Shown here in pieces: positions 36,166 through 48,175 of a DNA stretch of 64,000 bases; the stretch's first letter is position 1, and every line of letters begins with the position of its first letter. The stretch comes from Diplonema japonicum (taxonomy: Eukaryota > Protista > Euglenozoa: Diplonemea). The stretch spans positions 1-64,000 of the forward strand of contig OZ025667.1 in the NCBI GenBank assembly GCA_964019335.1, read 5' to 3'. The notes under the pieces are model-generated. The model was not told the DNA's origin and did no database searches. It saw nothing but the letters and a program-made list of their open reading frames with translations. Position numbers and translations under genes: made by a program.

Positions 36166-36339
36166 ATTTTTTTTTTCTTCTTTTTTTTTTTTGATAAAAT
36201 ATATCACATTGCAAAAAAAAAAAAAAGAAAAAAGAAAAAAGAAGGAAAAGAAAGGAAAATCGAAACCAACGAGTGCCACGAAGTTGAAATCGTGATAAAC
36301 GGGTGTGTCGATGTCAGGGAGGGCGTAGAGCACAGCAGA

Positions 36340-39300
36340 ATGGCTGACGAAGACGAAGAAGAGTCTGTGGGGACAAGCTCAGCTCGGAGCCCTAAATCCA
36401 GCCCCAGAAGCCCAGGCCAAGCACTAAGTGTCGCCAATGTCTCAGAGCTCCCCGGGTCAGCGAAGCCTGTCCGCAGGAAATCGAGCGTCTGGTCCAGACT
36501 GTCCTTTGCTGAAAAAGCCGATAAACCAAAGAAGCGGAGTCTAATAGGGAACGATTTATCCCAGGTCCAAAAGGTAGCCTGCGGGAAGCCATGCCACAAC
36601 GCACCAACCAATTACCTTCGGACCGCTCACTACTCGATTCTGTCGTTCCTCCCCCTGAACCTCTACGAGCAGTTTCATCAGATTTCGAACTGTTACTTCT
36701 TTTTGAACATGGTCATCGCTTTAATCCCCGGTATCTCCCCAATCATGCCGATCACAGCAATAATTCCTCTTATACTGGTTCTCACTGTTGCGGCTTGTAA
36801 AGATGGATACGAGGACTGGAAACGGCATCAAGCAGACGCAAAAGACAACGCATCACCCGTTACCATCTTCAAGGACGGAGAATGGATCAAGGTCCCAAGC
36901 AGAGATATCCGCCCCGGCGACTTTTTATGTCTCAAACGAGGGGAAAGCGTTAAAGCAGATGTAATCGTGATCTCCAGCGAAGACCCTGACGGGACAGTGT
37001 TCATCGAAACCTCACAGCTCGACGGGGAGAGCAACGTGAAACCCAAAAAGTCCCGTCCCGAAACATGCTACATCGATAATGTTGATCTTCTACAGAAAGC
37101 GATAAGCTCCGACATCACTTTGACAGTCGACCCGCCCTCCGATAAGCTGTACAGATGGCAAGGCATCATGCACCTTAGAGACGAGGCTCACCCACTTGCT
37201 CTTAAACAAGCAATATGGAGAGGTTCCTCCATCCGTAAAACCGAATGGGCCATCTGTGTGTCGATATATGTCGGTCCTTTTACCAAGCAAGGCATGAACC
37301 TCAAGGCGCGCACGGTGCGGAAGATTTCATCTTTGCTTGTAAAATTGAACGCGCTTATTGGGATTATTTTTGGTATCAAACACGTTATCATCTTCTTCCT
37401 CTCTGGGCTGTCCGTGCACTGGAGCGACAACCACACCGATCATTGGTACGCCGCGTACTGGCTCGAGTATTTTACAGGCGCTGAGCGGTTCTGGCTGAAC
37501 TACCTGACGTACTTCATCCTGTTTAGCTTCATGATACCCATCTCGCTCTTCGTCACCATCGAGATCTGCAAAGCATGTCAGATAGTACTCATGGGGATGG
37601 ACCACGAATTGATGCACTGGGTACCTGCTAAAGGCGAGCGAGAGGGTGAATGGGTCCCCTGCAGGCCGAAGACATCTGATCTCAACGAGCAGCTCGCAGT
37701 GGTTCGCTACATATTCTCCGACAAAACAGGGACACTAACAGAGAACATTATGCGGTACATGAAGGGCGTCGTGGCATCCCCACCGAGGGATGGGTGCAGG
37801 GAATGGAGGGCGCATTCATGCGAAAGTGCTAAAGGATGCTGGGATGCCATTCTTAGCGGCAGCCTATCACCTGCAGAGGTGTTTACAAACGTGTCCGCTT
37901 GCGAGACGCATGGTGATACGCTCTCGAGGTTCCTCCTGTCCATGGCGCTTTGCCACACCGTTGTGCCGTTCAAGGAAGAGAAGAATACGTATAGCTTTGA
38001 AGGTTCCTCTCCTGATGAGGTTGCACTTGTGACATGTGCCTCAAACAACGGGTTCGTTCTTATAAAACGGGCGGCGAGGGACATGGTGATCAAAATCCAC
38101 AACACGGAGCACCACTTCGAAATCATCGAGGAGCTGGAGTTTACGTCGACGAGAAAAATGATGTCTGTCATACTGCGGGACGAGAACAACACCACCTTCC
38201 TGTTGAGCAAGGGCGCCGACTCCTCTGTGCTGTCACGCGTGGCCATGAGCGACATGTCGGCCGTCGACCGGAATACAGCGAACGGTTATCTAGTGGACTA
38301 CAGCTCTACAGGCCTGCGAACGCTGTGTTTTGGGTGGAAGGTCATCGAACCGCACTTCTTGAAGGACTGGCGGGTGAAGTACAACCAGTTGCAGACCAGC
38401 ATGACGAAGACAGAAGCAGAGTACGACTCAATTTGCGACAAAATAGAACACGGCCTGTCCATGATAGGCGTGGCAGCCTACGAGGACAAGCTACAAGAAG
38501 AAGTCCCTGAAACAATCAGGTTCTTCGTGAACGCAGGCGTGGTGGTGTGGATGCTGACAGGCGACAAGCTCGAGACGGGCATCGAGATTGGGAAGAACTG
38601 CGGGCTTGCCGACTCGTCAAGAATCTTCCTTGTAGACTGCGGATGCAACGACGTAAAGGTCCCAGTAGAGGAGCGTAGGAAACTTCAGATCGCTCACGTG
38701 AAGAGCAAACTGGAAGAAGCGGCGCAGATAGCAGAAGGGGAGAAGGTCACCCTTGCAGTGGACGGGTTGGCCTTGGATGTCGCGATGCAAACCGAGGACA
38801 TCGTTCCTATATTCATCACCGTGGCAATGCGTATCCAGGCAGCCATGTGCTGCAGGCTCACCCCAGCACAGAAGGGAGCCATCATTGAACTCTTTAAGAA
38901 CGAAGCCTCAGGCACGACGCTTGCCATTGGCGACGGTGCGAACGACGCAACTATGATACAAGCAGCGGATGTTGGCATTGGGATCATCGGCCTGGAGGGC
39001 AGCCAGGCAGAGCTTGCCTCCGACTACGCCATCCCGCGTTTCAGGCATCTCAAGAGACTCCTTGCAGTTCATGGGAGGTATGCCTTGTATAGGAACGCAT
39101 TGTGTGTGTGCTTTTCGTTCTACAAAAATCTGGTTCTTACAACGTGCCAGGTGTACTACGCCTTCTACTCGGGGTTCACGGGGATGACCGTGTACGATGG
39201 GTGGCTGCTTGCAGTGAAGAATACCCTCTTCACGTTCTTCCCGCCGTTGTTCATGGGGTGCTTTGAGAAGGATATCTCTGAGGAGTGTTTAGAGTGCCCG

Positions 39301-39938
39301 ATCGCAGGCCCGCAGCTGTACGAACAGCTTTCGAAAGGGCTGTACTTCGACGGGAAGACCATTGGTATGTGGTTTGCGACAGCCGTGTTTCACGGGACCC
39401 TCATATTTTCCCTTGTCCTGTCGCACATGAGGAACGATGACACGGACCCTTGGGGAGGGAGGCTCACAGGTCTTAACACCACTGGTACGCTCATGATGGT
39501 TTGTGTTGTTTTCACCGTTTGCGGGAAAGCGATGCTTCACCTGAGGTTCTTCACGTCCGTCCAGTTTGTGGGGATCATAGTCTCGGTGTTGTTGCTGCTC
39601 GTTTTCCTCTTTGCCTACTCGTGCGTCACGAACTTGTGGGGGCAGACTTCTTTCTATTTGCTTGTTTTTTACTTGTTTGAAGATCCGAAGCTGTACCTCT
39701 TCACGTTCGTCACGTCAGCAGGCATCCTTACTGTCTTTGACCTGACAGCTGTGTTCCTTCAGAGGCAACTGGTATGTACCAAAAGAGCCGGGAGGGAAAT
39801 TGGCAAACACAGAAACCCACGCTCCGCGACTATTGGCAGGAAGCCTTCGACTTCGTCGACCGCACTGGCTACCCTCTGTGCGGGTGTGCCGACGATGCGA
39901 ACCCACGGGTGTGCGACATAGAGATGGAGAGCAAATGA
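36340..39938 (+). CDS. P4-type ATPase (phospholipid flippase), 1 intron
   Basis: LDGESN, IPISLFVTIE, FSDKTGTLT, SSPDEVALV, KGADS, LTGDK, IGDGAND. Intron 39772-39812 joins RQL|KPTLRD. Confidence 0.95.
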
Positions 39939-40073
39939 AATGGAAATAGAGAAGAAAAGGCCCCTTCTTCCGGAGAGGCCGCTACCTCCATTACTGGAAC
40001 GCGTAGCAGTATCCATGTCCTTCCTTCGTGTTTCCTTTCGCTTTGACTAAACCGCATCAAGGGTCATCTCAAG

Positions 40074-41023
40074 ATGGAGTTGGTAGAAGCTGCGGTTATG
40101 GGCTTGACAGCGGCCCTGTCGTACTACCTGTACAGCGAAGGCTACGGTGTGCTGGCGTCCATGCCGGTGTTGCTGTGGTACATGCTCGGGACGACGTTGA
40201 AGGGGGTATTTGTGAACATGGTGTATGGGCACCCTGCGAAGATCGTCCCGCCCGCCAGGCAGGCTGTGAGCAGGAAGTCGACTGAGGATGAGAAGAAACC
40301 TAAGATCGTGATCGTGTTCGCCTCGCAGACCGGCACGGCGGAGATGTACGCCAACAACCTGTCGAGGGAAGCGAAGAAGGTGGGCTTCAACGTGCGTGTG
40401 GAGGACACATCGGACTACACCGGGGAGTGTCTGTACGAGGACTCCTTCGTTGTGTTTGTTGTTGCGACGTACGGTGAGGGGGAGCCCACTGACACTGCAA
40501 AGGACTTCCACGAGTGGCTGATGGACGAGGACAGGGCCAACGACGGACGCTCCATGGACAACCTCAAGTACGCTGTCTTTGCATTGGGCGACTCACAGTA
40601 CAAGCACTTCTGTCAAATCGGGAAGGAGTTCGACCAGCGCATTGGAGAGCTTGGTGGGAACCGTATCCACGATCTCGGCCTTGGCGATTCCGACCAGAAC
40701 ATGGAAGAGGAATATGACAACTGGAAGTCGCAGTTGTGGTCAAGAGCGGCAGATGTGTTCGGGATCAAGACCAAGGACGAGTTCGAAGAGGCACCGGAGA
40801 GGCAGCTCAAGCTGAAGTACCACCCGAAGCCCTCATCAGCAGCCCAGCCCTTCCCCGTGACTGCATCGTCATTGCCACCGTCACAGAAAATCCCATGCTG
40901 GGGGAAGATCACACAAAACGACGAGCTTCTCAACGGTGTGTCTGACCGCTCGACGAAGCACATTGAGATTGACTGCTCGGGCACCTCTCTGCCCAACTAC
41001 GAGGTATGATTGGGCTTGGAATT

Positions 41024-41055
<32 letters not shown>

Positions 41056-41603
41056 TACACAACAAAACGCACAGGCTGGTGACCACCTTGGCATCCTCCC
41101 CGCTAACTCTGATGAGATTGTCCAAGAGTACTTCGACCTCCTCGTCGGCGAGGACGGCAACCCCATCGACACCGAGAGCATCGTCAGCCTCGTTGCGAGA
41201 GACGGCATGTCACAGAGGAACCACCTCCCCAACAAGGTATTGGGCATTTTTTTTTCTTCCCATAAAACCCGTCTTATATAAATACAAAAAGGTTAACATC
41301 AAGACGGCTCTCAAGTGGTACTTCGACCTGCAGGGCGTGCCCAAGAAGTCCGTGCTTCGTGCCTTCACCTTCCACACGAAGGACAGCGATGAACAGGAGA
41401 GCTTCAGGGAGCTTCTTAAGATCAAGAAAGAGTCCACTGATAAATACAAGGTTGCTGTCAAGCAGGCAAGGTGTGTATTTTAAAAAAAAAACCCCCCCTT
41501 CCCACGCTCAGTCTATCTTGGTTGGCTGTTCGGTGCCAGCTTGGAAACACAGGCGGATTTTTTTTTTCTTCTTCGGGAAAAAAAAAAAAAAAAAAAAAGG
41601 GAG

Positions 41604-41639
<36 letters not shown>

Positions 41640-42367
41640 ACAGAACCGCTTCAGGGTTTTTACAGATGTTCAAATCGACGCAAGTGCCTGTTGACCTGTT
41701 CTTTGAGATGATGCCGAGGACGCAGCCGAGGTGGTACTCCATCGCGTCGGACCACCTGAAGCAAGGGAAGGCTGTGCACATGTGCCTGGCGGTCAGCGAC
41801 GGCGGGCTCTGCAGCGGGTACATGAAGGGAATGCCTGTTGGAACCACCGTTCCGTGCTTCATCAGGAAGAGCACCTTCCATCTCCCACAAAGGGACAAGA
41901 GCAGGCCGTCGATTATGATAGGGCCCGGTACGGGCGTAGCACCTATGATTGGATTCATCCACAGGAGGACGGTGTGGAAGGAGAAGGGCAACGAGTTGGG
42001 AGAGTGCTCCTTCTACTTCGGCTGTAGGAAGAGCACAGAGGATTTCATATACGCGGACCTCATGAAAGAAGCCGAAAAATCTGGTGTGATCACCAACCTC
42101 AGAGTTGCTTTCAGTAGGGACCAGGCTGAGAAGGTCTATGTGCAGCACCTTGTTGCGCAGGACGGGAAGCACATCATGGAGCTTATCAACAAGAACGCAA
42201 ACATTTACATCTGTGGTGATGCCAAGCATATGGCACGTGATGTTGAGGAGGCTTTGGTCAACATTCTTATCGAGCATGGTGGGTACACCAGGGATGACGC
42301 AGAGGCCAGGTTGAACAAAATGGAAAAGAGCCAGCGGTTCTTGAAGGACGTATGGACTTCCCACTAG
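40074..42367 (+). CDS. CPR: NADPH-cytochrome P450 reductase, 3 introns
   Basis: FASQTGTAE, ATYGEGEP, RWYSIAS, GLCSGY, IGPGTGVAP, YICGDAK, DVW. Introns 41004-41074, 41237-41291 and 41471-41643 give 664 aa. Confidence 0.95.
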
Positions 42368-42509
42368 AGATGACGAACCCAGTGTGTTTTTTTTTTTTTT
42401 TTTCCCGGGGAAAAGACGGTGGATGTCACTCACACTTTTCCAAAATCGAGAGAGAAAAAAATGAGACGATTTCCACCATCTTTTTTTTCTTCCCCTGACC
42501 TTGGTTGGT

Positions 42510-42548
<39 letters not shown>

Positions 42549-43006
42549 GCACTGTTGTGCGCCGCTAACACCGGCCTCCTTTAACTCATATATTTTTTTT
42601 CTCATTTTTTCATTGCTGCTTCTATTCTTTTCTTCTTCTGGCTTTTTTTTTTTTTATAGCACTGTAAAAAAAAAAAAAAAAAAAGAGAAAGAAAAACCGG
42701 AAGAATAAATAAGAGAATAGAAAAGACCTGTAAAGAAGAAAAAAAGAAAGAAAGAAGAAGAAGAAAAAAGCATTGTCAGAAAGGGCCTGCAAGGGACCCG
42801 CTATGCACTGGAAACGACAATCAACCTAGCTTATTATTCCTTGATTACCCCCCTTTTTTTTTCTTCGCTTCCATCCGTCCCCTCCAAAAGAAAACATGAA
42901 ATATATTATTTTGTTTCTTTTTCCTTCAGTTGCTTGCTATTTCCCTAATACTATTTACAGGGAAGAGAGAAGAAATGGAGGGAAGGGATGCGGTGTTATT
43001 ACTTTT

Positions 43007-43007
<1 letters not shown>

Positions 43008-43071
<64 letters not shown>
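43008..43071 (+). repeat. Poly(T) tract (~64 nt)
   Basis: Longest homopolymer in the window. Confidence 0.85.
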
Positions 43072-43073
<2 letters not shown>

Positions 43074-43806
43074 CCAAAATCTTGCCGCCTCGGGTCTCCG
43101 TCTGCTGGAAAAAAAAAAAAAAAAGAAAGAAAAAAAAAAGAAAAATGAGAAGGAAAAAAAAACAATATTTTCCCTTCCTCCAATCCTATTTACTTTTTGA
43201 CAGAAAAGACTTTTCAGAAAATAAATAGTGACTGAGAGCTCGCTTGGGGCACATGGGGAAAAGCCCCGGCCTGTTAGTTCACTGGCACCTTAAACACAGT
43301 GGGGTGTGTTGTACTTTTACTTTTTCAATTTCCCACCTTTTTTTTTTTTTTTTTTTTTTTTTTTGCTACACTATTGTTCTTCGCCCCCCCTCCCCTTCTT
43401 GGGTGTTGGTAACACGACCCACGCCAAATCACCGAGAAAAAGAAAAATTCACTTTTATGATCAAAAGAAATGAGATAATCTGGTAGCACATGCGTTACAA
43501 AACTAAATCTCTTTAGCAAGGTAAAAGAAAAATTTTGTAACCATTTTTATTTCTCCACCCCCCCTTTTTTATTTTACAAAAGGAAGAATAAAAAAATAAC
43601 GATTTTTTCTTCTTCTTCCATTTCTAGTAAAAAAAAAAAAAAAGAACTCTCCCACCCCCCTCAACACCAACCACCCCCTCCCCCCTCCCCACCCCTTTTC
43701 ATTTGTTCCGATCTCAGTGAGATGGTATTCCCATTCTTGAAGAAGAAGAAAATTCATTTTCCCCCCTCCTTCCCTGTCTCCTTTCTATTCACACATCTAA
43801 AGGACG

Positions 43807-46800
43807 ATGGCAACCCTACTGTTGTGTGCTACGTGTGTAGGATTGCTGCAATGGTCCCGGCTGCCCACTGAAATGGGTACACCCCCCCGTCCGCGGGTTG
43901 AAATGGCAGTTGCAGGGTTTGGCGACGGTATCGTGGTTCACGGTGGGAGGCTGCTCGGCAGCCAAACTGCTCTACTAGACGACCTCTTCTTATACAATGT
44001 AACGACCAGCACATGGAGACACCTCCCGCAGCCCGCCGTGCGCCCCCTTGCACGAGCCCGTCATACAATTGTAGTCTCGTTCAACCAGGTCTATCAAGGA
44101 CCTGTGGTCTACCTTTTCGGTGGTGATACCCTCACAGGGTTCAGCGATGAACTGTGGGTGCTCGAGGTGTCGCATGGTATATGGAGGAGCCTTGAAGCTC
44201 CTTTGCATCCTTACCCACGTGTGGGGCACAGCATGACGATGATCGGCAGCACTTTGTACGTGATGTCGGGTGCGGGGCTTACCGGTATCCTTAGTGATGT
44301 GTGGTCGTTGGACACGAACGATCCGGTTGTGAGGTGGAAGCGGCAAGCTGACCTCCCTGCGCCACGTGTGGACGCTGCCGCGTGTGCGTCGACGGTGAAT
44401 GGGACTGCAATGGTTGTTTTTTACGGTGGTCGGTCGGACAGTCAGTCTGCTCCAGGCAACAACTTGTGGATGTTGTCCCCCACCTCTCCTGCTTGGAACG
44501 ACATTAGCAGCCCGCATGGACCTTCGCGTAGCGGGCACACCACTATTTGTTACCAGCAAAGCTTGTTTGTAATCGCTGGCAGCACACCCACCGGGTTGGT
44601 CAACAGTTTCTGGTCTTTTGACTTCACGACGGGTGTGTGGGTGCAGCGGCAGTTGTTCGCAAAGGATTTAAAGGGAAACACGGTGAGCGAGCCATCTAAA
44701 CGAGAAGGCGGCAAGGCGGTCATCGTAGGCAGCAATATTATCCTCTACGGAGGGTGGTCGAACTCCGTGGCGAATGGTGCGATGAACGACTTGTGGTCGT
44801 TGGATCTGCCCGGCATCAACCATTGGGTGCTGCTGCACGACACTATGGTCGCGCCGCCGCCTTTGTCGGGACACTGCACAATATCTTTCGCAGACACGAT
44901 GATAGTAGTGGGCGGCAGGACGCACCCGTCGTCGCTGAGCTGGTACGTCCACGAGTTCAATGTGACGACAAACATATGGCGAGACATCACACCCACGAGT
45001 GGAGTGGCCTTCCCTGCCATGGAGCACCATGCCTGCACTTTGTTCGGCTCCCTTCTTGTTATTTTCGGTGGGCAACCAGAGACCGGCCCCCCTACAAACA
45101 CAATGTACGCCATGTCGTTGCTGCCGCGCTTGAAAGGTGCTCGTGAGTGGCTACGGATCAACCCTGCAGATGGGCCTGTCCCAAAAGTCCGCTCTGGGCA
45201 CTGTACCGTAGTGCACGAACATTCGTTGTATGTGTTTGGTGGGAAGGGCGACACGTCTATTATCTATCACGACATGTGGAAGTACGACTTCCTCACTGGG
45301 GAGTGGGCGGAGATCAATGTGGCAGTGACAGGTTCCGTGTACTGCGCCTCAACGCTGACCTACGGCAGGTACCACGGCGTGCAGCAGCCTGCTTGGTTCA
45401 TCGAATCCGGGCAGGACTCTTCGGAAAACCCTGTCGACGAAAACTATGTATTCCTTTTCGGCTCGGAGCGGCTTCTTCCTATCAGGCTGACCCTCCCAAC
45501 GGGCGAGGTGCTCATATCGGACTACCACGTCTCGCAGTCTGCTGCTATCGGTCTCGGCCGTATGGCCCTGCTTTTCTTCGGTCAATCGCATCACAGGATC
45601 ACGAGCAGCATCGTGTCAGTGGACACAGAGACTGGTATTTTCAAAGAGCTGCATGCAAATCTTTATGCGAATTCAGTGTGGCCTGTGCCGCACGCGTTCA
45701 CGGGTGCAGGGGTTGTCGCGGGGAAGATCCTGCTCTTTGGCGGCGTGGCGGGGATCGGGACATCGCCGCTGCCTTACCACTTCTCTAATGACATGTGGTT
45801 ACTTAAACTAAACAACGATGGACAGATCTGCCCCGGTAACTCCGCTTGTCTAGGTTGCCTCCCTGGGACGGAGGCGCGCAGTGGCGAGTGCGTGCCATGC
45901 CCACGGGGCACTTACTCCGAAGCGGGAAATATCTGCCTGCCGTGTCCCACGGGGACATATTCAGACTTCATTGCAGCTGCTGGGCGCTACGCATGCGCTA
46001 GTTGCCCCCATGGGACTTATGCCCAGGAGGTCGGTAGCTATGCGTGCACCCCTTGCCCCCCGGGCCACTACTGCACAGTCCATGCCTCGACACCACAAAA
46101 AAACCGCCTTTCCTACGAAATCATGGAGTCCTCGCAGCCAGGGCCGTACTCGATGCGGAGTTTCGAGAACGCGCCCTTGTTAGTGTTCCTTGTCCCGGGT
46201 ATTTTTGTAATCACAAGCTGCTTGATGTTGTTCTGCGGCCTACTCGCCGCACAAGCAGGGAGGGTATCTCGCAGGGAGACCGTAATGGACACAGAGAGAA
46301 TGGACGTCTTGGTGGAGATCTTCAACAGGTACAACTACGACTACGTGGGCCTCTGCGAGTCACAACTCACTTTAGCGTTGCGCGAGTATGGATTGGAACG
46401 GCCATCTGCTTCCTTTGCCAGGAACTGTCTTTTGGAGTATGATTCCAGTGGAAACTTCAGGCTGGAGAAGGACGAGTGGTTGTGGCTGTGCGTTGATCTG
46501 GAATTCGACAGGAAGGAGGCCGCCCGCTTGGGTGACAGGATGCCCAACGGAATGGAGGAGCCGCCTTCGACATTCCAGATGTCGGACGTGGATATGTTCC
46601 CGACAAGCCATAGGTCACTGGAAATGGGCGAACCGCCAATCATGAAGACGACGACAGCGGGCGGGCTGGTGTCGATCCTGTGTTTCGTGGGATTTGTAGT
46701 AGTGATCGCATGCCTCACCATTCAACACGTCTACAACAACGACGAAGAGATCCGGTCTGTGCTGCCGGAGATCATCGCCCCGGGAGCACAGAACCAGTCG

Positions 46801-48048
46801 CAGTCTGCAGAGATTCTTGTCTCACTCATGGTGAAGGGGCACATCTCGCAGTCTGTCTGCGCGTCTCCCAACCACACCTGCATAGGTGACGTGGGGTACG
46901 TCATCTCAGGCATCTCCTGCCAGATGTGGAACCTCAGCTGCGAATTCATCAAAAGCTCGTCGAATTCTGACGTCGGCGACTGCTACTTGCGTTCCGTCTG
47001 CCAGGGTGCTGTCTTCAACCAGTCGTACACAGACATGCACTCCATCCAGCTTGGGCTCAGGGGCAAGGTCGATGCAGAGGGTGTGATGCTGAGGGTCGGG
47101 ACCGACACGGGTATCCCTGCCGAATCCTCGAACACTTCCTTCACCATGGTGGCGCCGGACATGAAGCTCTTGAGAGGGACCCGTCCAAACGTACTTCTTG
47201 TGGACACGTACCCGAGCGTTTTTGTGAAGGACGGTGATGTGTCCGGCCACGGTATGTTGGTGCAGGCTGCGTCCTACGACCTCGGCAGCACCGTCACTGA
47301 CTACGACTACCACATGCATGACGGTGTACAGGGGATCGTGAAGTTCAACTTGTTGCGAGCCTCCACTATTGTAGTCGAGCGCCGCAAGATCATCCCCCTC
47401 CTGACCTTTCTTGCGTCCATGTCGGGCACCATCTCCGCATGGATGGGGCTGTGTGCTGTGTTTGTGTATGTTGGTGATTTGCTGACTGCATACCTCCTGA
47501 AGAAGAAGGCCAAGAAGCTTGAGGAATCGCTGCTGAAGAACGAGGAGAAGGACTCCGCAGTGACAACCTCTGCTGTACTGGGTGCCTTCGACGATCCTGC
47601 ACGTCCAGAGTGGAATACTTGCGTAAGGCCGCTTGTGGGAGCATCTTTCAAGCTTTGCCAAGCCCAGGCAATACTTGAGATAATGACAAGTTTCACCGGA
47701 AAGGCGGTTTGTGAAGCAAAATCCCAGCAGGACAACGAAGAGGGCGGCATGGTGCCCGCGAGCAGCGGGGGCACAACGCTAGATGTGGAGTTCGAGACTG
47801 AATTCGAAGAGGACGGCGACAACAAAAGCCATAGCCCGAAGGGCGACGCCCCGAACTACCACAATCTCGAAGATATGAGCAGCAGGGTAGCTAACACTGA
47901 GAGGTGGATGTCGTCCCAGATGGCGCAGTCCCAGCAGCTTCACGCAACACTTAGCAGCCTCATGACGCGCCTTGATGGTATCGAGCAGAACACGCGATGT
48001 ACAAACTACCCTAACCGCACCTATAACGATACTTCCCCTTTCACATAA
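43807..48048 (+). CDS. Membrane protein: kelch repeats, Cys-rich (GCC2/GCC3-like) repeats, TM, EF-hand, two-TM module
   Basis: Signal-like N-terminus; many R.GH..FGG..D.W kelch blades; CxPCPxGTY repeats; three hydrophobic helices; DSSGNFRLEKDE EF loop. Confidence 0.85.
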   Translation: MATLLLCATCVGLLQWSRLPTEMGTPPRPRVEMAVAGFGDGIVVHGGRLLGSQTALLDDLFLYNVTTSTWRHLPQPAVRPLARARHTIVVSFNQVYQGPVVYLFGGDTLTGFSDELWVLEVSHGIWRSLEAPLHPYPRVGHSMTMIGSTLYVMSGAGLTGILSDVWSLDTNDPVVRWKRQADLPAPRVDAAACASTVNGTAMVVFYGGRSDSQSAPGNNLWMLSPTSPAWNDISSPHGPSRSGHTTICYQQSLFVIAGSTPTGLVNSFWSFDFTTGVWVQRQLFAKDLKGNTVSEPSKREGGKAVIVGSNIILYGGWSNSVANGAMNDLWSLDLPGINHWVLLHDTMVAPPPLSGHCTISFADTMIVVGGRTHPSSLSWYVHEFNVTTNIWRDITPTSGVAFPAMEHHACTLFGSLLVIFGGQPETGPPTNTMYAMSLLPRLKGAREWLRINPADGPVPKVRSGHCTVVHEHSLYVFGGKGDTSIIYHDMWKYDFLTGEWAEINVAVTGSVYCASTLTYGRYHGVQQPAWFIESGQDSSENPVDENYVFLFGSERLLPIRLTLPTGEVLISDYHVSQSAAIGLGRMALLFFGQSHHRITSSIVSVDTETGIFKELHANLYANSVWPVPHAFTGAGVVAGKILLFGGVAGIGTSPLPYHFSNDMWLLKLNNDGQICPGNSACLGCLPGTEARSGECVPCPRGTYSEAGNICLPCPTGTYSDFIAAAGRYACASCPHGTYAQEVGSYACTPCPPGHYCTVHASTPQKNRLSYEIMESSQPGPYSMRSFENAPLLVFLVPGIFVITSCLMLFCGLLAAQAGRVSRRETVMDTERMDVLVEIFNRYNYDYVGLCESQLTLALREYGLERPSASFARNCLLEYDSSGNFRLEKDEWLWLCVDLEFDRKEAARLGDRMPNGMEEPPSTFQMSDVDMFPTSHRSLEMGEPPIMKTTTAGGLVSILCFVGFVVVIACLTIQHVYNNDEEIRSVLPEIIAPGAQNQSQSAEILVSLMVKGHISQSVCASPNHTCIGDVGYVISGISCQMWNLSCEFIKSSSNSDVGDCYLRSVCQGAVFNQSYTDMHSIQLGLRGKVDAEGVMLRVGTDTGIPAESSNTSFTMVAPDMKLLRGTRPNVLLVDTYPSVFVKDGDVSGHGMLVQAASYDLGSTVTDYDYHMHDGVQGIVKFNLLRASTIVVERRKIIPLLTFLASMSGTISAWMGLCAVFVYVGDLLTAYLLKKKAKKLEESLLKNEEKDSAVTTSAVLGAFDDPARPEWNTCVRPLVGASFKLCQAQAILEIMTSFTGKAVCEAKSQQDNEEGGMVPASSGGTTLDVEFETEFEEDGDNKSHSPKGDAPNYHNLEDMSSRVANTERWMSSQMAQSQQLHATLSSLMTRLDGIEQNTRCTNYPNRTYNDTSPFT

Positions 48049-48175
48049 TTCGCTTACTCTGTTCCCAGAGTTTCTCGGCTGTCTACACTTGCTTAACCTA
48101 TCTAGTTTATTTTTTTTATCCACCCATCCGCCTAGCTTGCAGGAAGCAAAAAAAAAAAAAAAAAAGAAAGAAAGG

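Noticed and set aside
40074-42367. Apparent frameshifts or pseudogenisation of CPR, NF-X1 and others
   Set aside because: Each break is resolved by a GTRT-AG intron that restores the frame and conserved motifs.
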